From NCBI GenBank assembly GCA_951406725.2, contig OX597814.1, positions 159,712,001-159,776,000 of the forward strand: a stretch of 64,000 nt of DNA, in the 5' to 3' direction. Of the stretch, positions 54,591 to 64,000 are shown in pieces. Within the stretch, counting starts at the first letter, position 1; each line of letters opens with the position of its first letter. The stretch comes from Octopus vulgaris (lineage: Eukaryota). Position numbers and translations under genes: made by a program. Under the pieces are notes generated by a model. It had not been told where the DNA came from. It made no database searches and saw nothing but the letters and a program-made list of their open reading frames with translations.

Positions 54591-54993
54591 ATTTCTTTAT
54601 TGCCCACAAGGGGCTAAACATATAAGGACAGACAAAAGGATTAAGTCGATTACATCGACCCCAGCGCGTAACTGGTACTTAATCTATCGACCTCGAAAGG
54701 ATGAAAGGCAATGTCGACCTCGGCGAAATTTGAACTCAGAACGTAAAAACAGACGAAATACCTATTTCTTTACTACCCACAAGGGGCTAAACATAGAGGG
54801 GACAAACAAGGACAGACAAACGGATTAAGTCGATTACATCGACCCCAGTGCGTAACTGGTACTTAATTTATCGACCCCGAAAGGATGAAAGGCAAAGTTG
54901 ACCTCGGCGGAATTTGAACTCAGAACGTAACGGCAGACGAAATACGGCTACGCATTTCGCCCGGCGTGTTAACGTTTCTGCCAGCTCGCCGCC
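54591..54993 (-). mobile_element. SINE family A, head-to-tail partial dimer
   Basis: A full copy at 54764-54993 is followed by a second, 5'-truncated copy at 54591-54762. The direct repeat TTTCACATGTCGATCT flanks the whole (~54574 and ~54994). Confidence 0.85.
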
Positions 54994-57900
54994 TTTCACA
55001 TGTCGATCTACCACATATGTTCCCCCGTTGATGTAGTGAAGGTAGCAGCAGCAACAGCAGCAGCAGCAGCAGCAGTAGTAGTAGCAGTAGTAGTAGTAGC
55101 AGCATCAGTAGCAATAGTTAATGTTGTCGGTGTTTGTTTCGAGCCAGTGATGACAGACATGGGTGGTATTCACTGCAGTTGTGTGGCGATTGAAATGAAT
55201 GCTAATGATGATGAATCTCGTTCACACTCCTTTGACGAAGACGACCCTGACTTAAGATTAGCTTTGATGTCTGTTCTGGTCTGATCTGCTGTGATGGGTC
55301 GAGAGGTTGCTGATGAGCCCTAGAATCACATGCTGTTCTACAGAATATATGTAGCTGCCATCGAATAGAACAAAACGCACCAATTTAGCGGATAATCAAT
55401 CAGTCTTTAATAGTCGATATTCTTATTTCACATTTATAGCGGTTTAGTTACTGTTAGCCTCAGATACTGTAACGAATTTCTACTCTGTGCTTCAGTATTT
55501 TTTTTATTTTGTCATTTAATGATTCACAGTCATATAACTGTATTCTCAAAAGACCGAGAAATTTTACATAAATTTCATTCGAAATTTCAAAAGTATACAC
55601 AGGAAAGTATTTCGTGATGCTTTATCTTCTTTTGCCTCAACTTCGAGATTAGGACGTACAGTAGTAGTGAAAATAAAAGCATGGAACAGTCACCACAGAA
55701 AGTAGTTCATCATTATCATGACAGAAACAGCTTAAACCTGTGGGTTTCGAAAACAAGATGACATTTTCTTAAAAAGATGGAGAGGAAAGCACGAAATACA
55801 GGAGATGCATCACAGATTTACTTCCAAAGAACTTGTAAAAATAACTTATTAAAAGTTTGGATAGCTTACATTTAGATAAATATAACTTATATTTAAATTG
55901 AAATAAAAAATTTTTATAAGATTAAATTTAAAGATCTGATAATTTACTGATAATTTACGCCAGAAAAGTTTTGCCTGATTCTTTCCAGAAAACAGTTAAG
56001 CATTTATTTGAAAAATAGATAAAATAGGAATAGCTACTACTCGCTGTTAATTTAAGGTGCCAGACACTAAAAATGATCGACAGTTTTAGTTTAAACGAAC
56101 TTAAGAAAGGCAAACTGAAGGCATTATATAATCGAAAAAAAAAGTAAACCAACGAAGGACCTCTAGATGGTCGCTCCAGCTGTTAGATACAGCAGCAGAT
56201 AATGAAATCACACCATATTGTCTCAAAAAACGAGTGAAAGGATTTGCTGGATAATATAAGTTCAAAACACACTGTCACAAGAAAGATGTTGAGGCAAGCA
56301 GGCAGACAAACGTCTTAAAGAGCCAATGAAGTGCCTCTATGCGGTCATTCTATCTGCTAGAACTAGAAGCCTAATCGCCTTCTAATTAAAAAAAAAGCTG
56401 TTGAATAATATGGTCTTAGATTCCCTTAAAATAGAAAAAAAGATGACATGAACACAGCTGCTGTGCCTCTGAAAGAGGTCTTCTCGACCTGGGACTAAAT
56501 AACAACCCTGGAGAAACTGCCCTGTTCTCTTATAAATAAGGAAATGTTATATTATCCACTTTGTGCAATTGTATATAATCTTCTCTGAAGTTGGTGGTAA
56601 TGGCGATGGTGCTGGACTAATAGGAAATACTGCAGAGAAGAGGCGCTTAGCATTGCATCATATTTTGAGTTCGAATCACATAGCGTCTCGACTTCACTCG
56701 TTCTATTATTGCTGAAGTAGGCGAACAGAAGTTTTATATCGATTCAATTAATTCTAACCCTCATTTATAACCTTGTCCTTCTACCAAAATTACAAACCAA
56801 TAAACCATATTTTCTAAATAACATCTCCAAAGAATATAATGCTAAATTCTTGAAATAAATTACTTTTGAAGAATATAAAACATCTGGAAATAACCAACCT
56901 GTATTCTTCTGTTCAATAAATATTATATACAACTATACCTTAAGCGTTCCATTTATTTGTTCGTTTGAAAACTGTTTTAAAAGAAACATGTTTCTAAGAG
57001 AATATATTTAATTCGAGAGTTTGGTTTATTAGGACAGGTATATATTCGACATAGATTCACAAAAATGAAGCTACTATGGCCCATATGGCTGTTAAAGTCT
57101 ATGCGCAATAAATTAGTTATATTTATACAATACACAAAATATTTTAACAGTATCATTTATACAATTCCTTAAAATATTTAGTTACAAAAATACAATAGGT
57201 TTTTTTTTAACGTGGGATGATTACGGGAGTCCAATAGAAGCAAACAAGAATTTGAAGGGTCCATAGGCAAAAAATGGTTGAGGATAACTGATTTAAAGAA
57301 TGAAAAAGTAAGATTTATAAGCGGTAGTAAATTCTCAAGAATAACAATATTTGAAAATGTTTGAATAAGACAACACTTATTGAATGAAAATTGAACCCAA
57401 GTATTGTGTTAGAAAAATGAAATAAGAAAAAAAGCAATAAGAAAAGCTGCCGCTCTAATACAATACTGTAAATTATATTTCTGGTGTGAATGGATGGAAA
57501 ATATGCTTTAGACATTAAATTAAAGTGAGTTTGAACACGGCGAAAATATGAAAGAAATATTAGTCGGTAAACTATGATCAAATAAAAAAGAAATTATTCG
57601 ATAACTATGTAATCGACTTAGCAACTCCTCCGCAATTACTGGCCTTATGCCTTATGCCAGCAATTTCGAGGGAAGGGGCAAGTTAATTACAACGACCACA
57701 GTGTTCAACTGGTACTTTTTTTATCGACCCCAGAAGGACAAAAAATAAAGTCTACTGCGGCAGATTTGAACTCAGAAATGTAAAGAGGGTCGAAATGCCG
57801 CTAAGCATTTTTGTCAGACATGTTAACGATTTTACCTGCTTGTCGCCTCCATATTGATGAAATATATTAATATTTTAATCATCTTGATACAGGACTACTT

Positions 57901-59169
57901 TCTAGGTAATAATAATTTAAAATACAGCATAGCATTAAATATGATTAGGTCTCGATTCAGTCCTGTTTGGAAGTAGAGGTATTAGCTTTCACATGAAGCT
58001 AGAATATTTTTAAAATACCCTAATCAATGGTGGAAATAAGGAGGGTATGCAGGGAAACGGCGTTCCCCTGCTTTTTTGAGCAAATTGTCAGTAGCGTAGG
58101 CGGGATGGGGAGGTTAGGGAGGCCATCTGACCTTGGTGACTCTTTTTATGGGGATAGCATTTTTGGATCTAGTGTATAACACCATATATTTTTGCGGGCC
58201 CGGAGTGGGGGCCGTTGGCAAACTCAAGGGTTGCCCCAGGCAAAGTTATAATATCTAACCCTCCTCTCTTCCGAACTTTAACCTCATTGACCCTTTGTTC
58301 TTTTAATCCATTTCCTCTACTGACCCTAATGGACCTTCACACGACTAACATTCCGGTTTACTACTTCCTGTACAATATATAATCTAAATTAGAACTCAAT
58401 TAACTCTCGTTTCAATTAATCAATTATAATGGAGCAGTAGCTTCATTTTTGTGAATCTATGTAGAATATTGTAACGGATCGATAAATTTATCGACAAAAT
58501 ACAATCAACAGAGAATCGATTAAAACAGTATATATTTGACATTATTAGTTCGTAGGTCACCTTTATAATCGTTTAAATCGATTGCTTACCCTAGATCAAT
58601 GCAGAGCACAAATCTCTTTGTCTAAACGAAGGCTACCTTATCCAATGTGTTCGTTTTGGTTTACGGTAGCTGAGTGTGATTTGAGGAAGATTTGGTTACT
58701 TTTTCTAGCAGACCTAGGAACCACGTAGAGGCTCTATATAATGGTTTGAATCATTTAATAAATGAGTAATCGATAGGAACTAACAAGGGGAAGAAAAGGG
58801 CTACATTAGCTCTATTACCGTTAATTAATTACATTGCTGACAAATTAGAAACATGACAATCATGTTTAAATTGTAATTGAGGGCCACTTATGGTGGTATA
58901 AGTCTCACTGCGTCGCCAAGAATGTGTACCTACATCTGTTTTATAGATTCTTTGATTGCAAAGCTATTTCTCCACATTCTTTCTGTAATTGGTTACTGAA
59001 TTATAAATGGATATTTTAAGACACATTAAGTGGATGTTATCAAATGTTGAAAGGTAGTGTGTGTATGTGTGTGTGATTTAATTTACACGCACGCGTGCAC
59101 GCACACACACACTCACACACACACTCAAACACACACACATACACACACACACACACACACACTCGTATA

Positions 59170-59940
59170 TATAGACTGCTGTCAGTCAACTCCATCTTGT
59201 TGTAGGCTCTAGCCGTTGCAGCAAGAACAGTCGAAAGATCCTCCTGTCTGAGGGCCACAATATCACAGATTTTGTTGCCAATTGCAGCTTTAGAACTCAC
59301 TCTCTACAGAGTTTGGTGATTGCCTGAAGACTCCTGTTGCCGTCTTGCTTGAAGTCCACAACCACAGTCCTATTTCGCTGAACCTCATTGTAGAGAATCC
59401 CGGTGACACAGAAAAGGTACATACTGAATAACACAGGTGATAGCATCACATCTCTCCCTTATCCCTATGCATACAAGAGAAAGCTTGGACATTTGTTCTC
59501 CTATCGTGGAATTGGTGTAGCATGGTAATAAATTTACTGAGGCAGCTAAACCAGAGAACATTTAACAAGCGTTTTGTATGTGCTATCTCGAATGCTTAGG
59601 AGAGATCAACAAAGGTTTTAAAAAAATTGCTAATGTTTTTACGGTGTAATGTCTGGAGCTGTCGGCTTTTGAAAAGCATATTGGTCGTGTGTCTGGTCTT
59701 CTAAAATCTATTCAACCATTCAAGCAGTGTTGACTCAAAGTTGCTGCTGCTGAGTATCGGAAATGGTACCTTAACCAGCACCCTACAAGCAACAGAAAGG
59801 AACTGTAAATCACCGCTTTTACCGTAGATGACCTGATCACACTTGTCTTAAAAATGACAACCATACTAACATCTCCCCGTTGTCACTTCTTGATGATATA
59901 CTAATGAAGGCTCAGCGCTCGGGCTGGCTTGTTCTTAAAA
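59170..59940 (+). pseudogene. Decayed protein-coding relic of unknown origin
   Basis: Higher-GC island between (CA)n tracts with protein-like frames broken by stops: LPYPYAYKRKLGHLFSYRGIGVAW* and CYLECLGEINKGFKKIANVFTV*CLELSAFEKHIGRVSGLLKSIQPFKQC*LKVAAAEYRKWYLNQHP. Confidence 0.35.
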
Positions 59941-60204
59941 CACAATGCATTCACATGCACACACGTTTGCACACAAACACATACATATATGCATACATGC
60001 ATCTTTCTCTCTTTTTATCTATCTATTTATCTATCTATCTGTGTGTGTGTGTGCGCGTACAGATAAATATGACCTTTTCCATTATGTTATTAACAATGGG
60101 AATACATTATATACAGCTGAATTAGACATATTAAAAAACAGTACAAGTATAAAATATATAGTGTATATTTGAAGCTTAAGCTTCTATTAAAATTGTTTAT
60201 CAGT

Positions 60205-60303
<99 letters not shown>

Positions 60304-60345
60304 GTCTGTCTGTCTGTCTGCCTGTCTGTCTGTCTGCCTGTCTGC

Positions 60346-60388
<43 letters not shown>

Positions 60389-60606
60389 TCGATCGATCGA
60401 TCGATCGATCTGCTTGTCTGTCTATCTTTCTATTTATCCATCTCTTTGTCTATCTACTTGTCTATCTGCTTATCTATTTGTCTGTCTATCTGGCTATTTT
60501 TTATCTGTCTGTCTATCTATTTGTCTGACTATTTGTCTAGTTGTCTGCCTATCTACTGTTTATCTGCCTAACTGCTTATCTGTCTGTCTATCTGTTTATC
60601 TGTTTG

Positions 60607-60645
<39 letters not shown>

Positions 60646-60724
60646 GTCTGTAAAATTTTCTATTTGTCTATTTATCTATCTATCTGTCTATGTATATAGC
60701 TGGTTGTCTCACTCTCTCTGTCTG

Positions 60725-60787
<63 letters not shown>

Positions 60788-60820
60788 GTCTGTCTGTCTG
60801 TCTGTCTGTCTGCCTGACTG

Positions 60821-60903
<83 letters not shown>

Positions 60904-60912
60904 GCCTGACTG

Positions 60913-60977
<65 letters not shown>

Positions 60978-61002
60978 ATATCTATCTATCTATCTATCTA
61001 TC
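60205..61002. repeat. Long compound (TATC)n/(TGTC)n microsatellite; representative of the many (TA)n, (CA)n, (TATG)n, (GA)n and (TAG)n tracts
   Basis: Directly visible; other long tracts at e.g. 460-625, 17700-18130, 32590-33320, 34740-34970, 45215-46035 and 63240-63720. Confidence 0.95.
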
Positions 61003-61236
61003 CCTCAACAGTTACAACTATACAGGCATGTACATTTATACAGACGTATAACCTTACGCATATTTATTACGTCTTTTTATTTATCTCGTGTTTATATAAG
61101 TTTTAAATATCTGACATTTCATTCATTATCTGCATGTATAATACTTCTATATATAATTATTATTCTCGAACATTTAGATCAACTGTAAAAGCTTTGTATT
61201 CATTACCTGCCCTATATGTTCCTATTTTGACTTCAG

Positions 61237-61342
61237 ATGGACAAACGCCATCAACAAGGAAGCACTGACCGTCTTAAACACTGGCCTTTTCTCAACTATT
61301 TTAACCGATCCCGAAACATGCCTCCTGTCTGCCCCCCACCTG
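61237..61342 (+). CDS. Candidate 106-nt coding exon of an unidentified plus-strand gene
   Basis: TTTTGACTTCAG| acceptor and CTG|GTTCGT donor. Two frames are open: MDKRHQQGSTDRLKHWPFLNYFNRSRNMPPVCPPP and WTNAINKEALTVLNTGLFSTILTDPETCLLSAPHL. Confidence 0.4.
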
Positions 61343-61948
61343 GTTCGTACAGTTATTATATGTTGTTATTGTTGTTTAATATCTTGGTCAATTCTGATAC
61401 ACCCAAGGTATTCCAGCCGTGACAATCCCAGTTTTTTCTCGCAGAATCATATCCACGATTTCTTCATCGTAAAGACAGAGTATTGTGATTGACTCGAAGA
61501 ATATATAGGATGATTCTATCGCCAATATATATTAATATATATGGCGATCATTTAACCTTAAAATGTCCCCTTAAAAGGAAATGTCCGTCTTATATTCTGG
61601 ATATAAAATATGCACATTAATTTCTAGTGATGTACTTATGGCTGATGACAGGATATACCATGCCTTCCTACCTATGCGTTGTCTTATAGGCCCTGCAGTT
61701 GATATATTCACATATATAGTGTGATTTGATTACTGTGGAGGGGCGTACGATTTAACGTTTCGGGATTTGCTCTTCGTCAAAAAGTGAAAAAAAAAAAAGA
61801 AAATGGAAGTACATTTAACTGCTGTGTCTGGCTGGTCAAGTAACCACTTAGAGATTCTACCAATGACATGTTATTGCATCATTGTTGCTTTAGATTTTAA
61901 TTTATTTAATGTATCTATGAGATCGTCATTTCATTTTCTTTTATAATT

Positions 61949-62002
<54 letters not shown>

Positions 62003-63262
62003 CAGCAGCAGCAGCAACAGCAGCGGTAGTAGTAGTAGCAGCAGCAGCGGTAGTGGCAGTAGTAGTAGTTGTAGTAGTTGTAGTAGTAGTTGCTGTTATT
62101 GCTGTTATTGTTGCCGTCGTCGTTGTTTAGCCCCAGGTAATCTCTGAGCAGTCTATGATCAAAAGGCATTAGCGTTATTTTTATTTATTTATTTATTTAT
62201 TTATTTTTATATTTAATTATTGCAAGTATTGTGTTCTTGTACTGTGTCCTTTTGTTTTTTTTTAACACTTTGAAGTGTGATCTAAAGGAGATTTGGCTGC
62301 TATATCTAACAAGTCGAACGATCACGTGGAAACTCTCATATTGACTCGTCTCTCGCTCTAAACAGAAATTTATAGTAACCATCTTTGAAGAAACTTAAAT
62401 CGTATTTTACACAAGTTCATCGTAAACTTTGTACCGAAACGTTGAAACATATGTTTATATATTCTGGATTTCACGTTGTTGTCTCTGTTGCTGTTTAGCT
62501 TCAGATCAGCCCCGCTCGGACATCTATTTACGAATGCGTTCCAGTCATGACCATCCTGTCATCATGCTTTTATTTATATATGTTTGATTTATTTATCATT
62601 ATTTTAATATATAAATATATAAAGCTCTACATCCTTGTGTAATGTGTTCTTCATTATTTTAGAAAGTAAGGTGTGATTTAAGGGAGATTTAGTTCTTATT
62701 TCCAGCAGGCCGAGCAATGACGTACAAAAACTCCCACTATGCGGGGTAACTAGAAATGTTAGAGTACCGATGATATGAGAGCTTATGGAAGAAATAGTTG
62801 CACGAGCATTCGCTTTTTTCCTTTTCAGCTGAGTAGGCTTGAGCCAAGTATACAACGCGTTGCTCGAGTCAGGAATCGAACTTAAGACCTTAAATTCGTG
62901 AGCCTAATACACGAACTGCTGAATCACGCGCCTTCATTTGAGAATAGTTAAAGTAGATAATAATTGAAGTCAGATCCTATAAATTGATTAATTAAATCCT
63001 TATAGCAAATATTTACGAAATCATGTCATGATATGTGTGTACGCGCGTGCGCGAAAATATGTATGCGCGCGTCTTAAACGATATGGTTAAAAAGCTTCAG
63101 CTTTTCCAACTGACAACAAAGTGTTCAGTATCTGTCCGCATAAAAGCTTGCAGAGCGCAGTATGCATACATACATATATGTGCATGCGTACGTGTGTGTA
63201 TATATGAATGTTTGTCTATATGCATATTTACAAATGTATGTATATTTGCATATATATGTATG

Positions 63263-63339
<77 letters not shown>

Positions 63340-63385
63340 GTACATATATATATACATATATATATATACATATATATACATATAC

Positions 63386-63468
<83 letters not shown>

Positions 63469-63475
63469 TATATAC

Positions 63476-63526
<51 letters not shown>

Positions 63527-63560
63527 CATATATATATATACATATATATATATACATACA

Positions 63561-63615
<55 letters not shown>

Positions 63616-63686
63616 CATGTTAATATATATGTATGTATGTATATATATGTATGTATGTATGTATGTATATATGTTTGTTTATATGC

Positions 63687-63723
<37 letters not shown>

Positions 63724-64000
63724 GTTTTTAATGCCCGTAGTTACTTTTTCGCCGTTTTATGAGAAATTTGGAGCCCGAGATCTTCAGGAGACTTTTGTTG
63801 TAATTGGCGGAGCAAAAGATAAACCAGTGGCATGTCCGGATGTTTCACATCGGCGCTTTATTTATTGCCCTGAAAAGAAGCAGCAAAATTATCATTCTGT
63901 TTGCAAGTCTGCAATGGCTTTGTCTTATTGATCATCAATAGCAAGCAAAAGGTGGTTTATAACATGATATATCTCAGCCAACCTAACGTGTACCGTTTTG

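Noticed and set aside
55000-55284. Plus-strand 94-aa ORF with a hydrophobic Ala/Val run
   Set aside because: The run derives from a (GCA)/(GTA) trinucleotide repeat and the start lies in a SINE TSD; no independent support.
63035-63931. 298-aa ORF and the many YI/CV/HT/LSIY-repeat ORFs throughout the window
   Set aside because: Translations of (TA)n, (CA)n, (TATG)n and (TATC)n microsatellites, which lack stop codons.

Overview
AT-rich, microsatellite-saturated animal DNA, almost certainly from a coleoid cephalopod and most likely Octopus, judging from the reflectin gene and the SINE repertoire. The one clear host gene is a minus-strand reflectin (CDS 5675->4578, 365 aa, coding region uninterrupted). 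It has a splice acceptor just upstream of the ATG and a candidate TATA+Inr non-coding first exon at ~11704-11638. The predicted ~5.9-kb intron holds a nested stack: a young, open-frame CR1 LINE inside a ~180-bp repeat inside a SINE. The rest of the window is mostly transposable elements: Tc1, mariner and maT DNA transposons and MITEs, a Tx1/L1 LINE embedded in (TATC)n, an R4/Dong-like relic, Penelope-like pieces and several tRNA-derived SINE families. The most unusual signals are (i) an apparent retrocopy of a mature tRNA-Lys(UUU) with genomic CCA, 15-bp direct repeats and T at position 58; (ii) a pair of inverted minimal hammerhead ribozymes with a U3-A8 core variant; (iii) a circularly permuted ~680-bp retrozyme/Penelope-like unit in inverted copies around a Tc1 element; (iv) a 164-bp near-perfect hairpin; (v) a cryptic 23-bp phased array; and (vi) a decayed coding relic that may be viral. 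All calls were made by eye without database searches, so TE boundaries are approximate.
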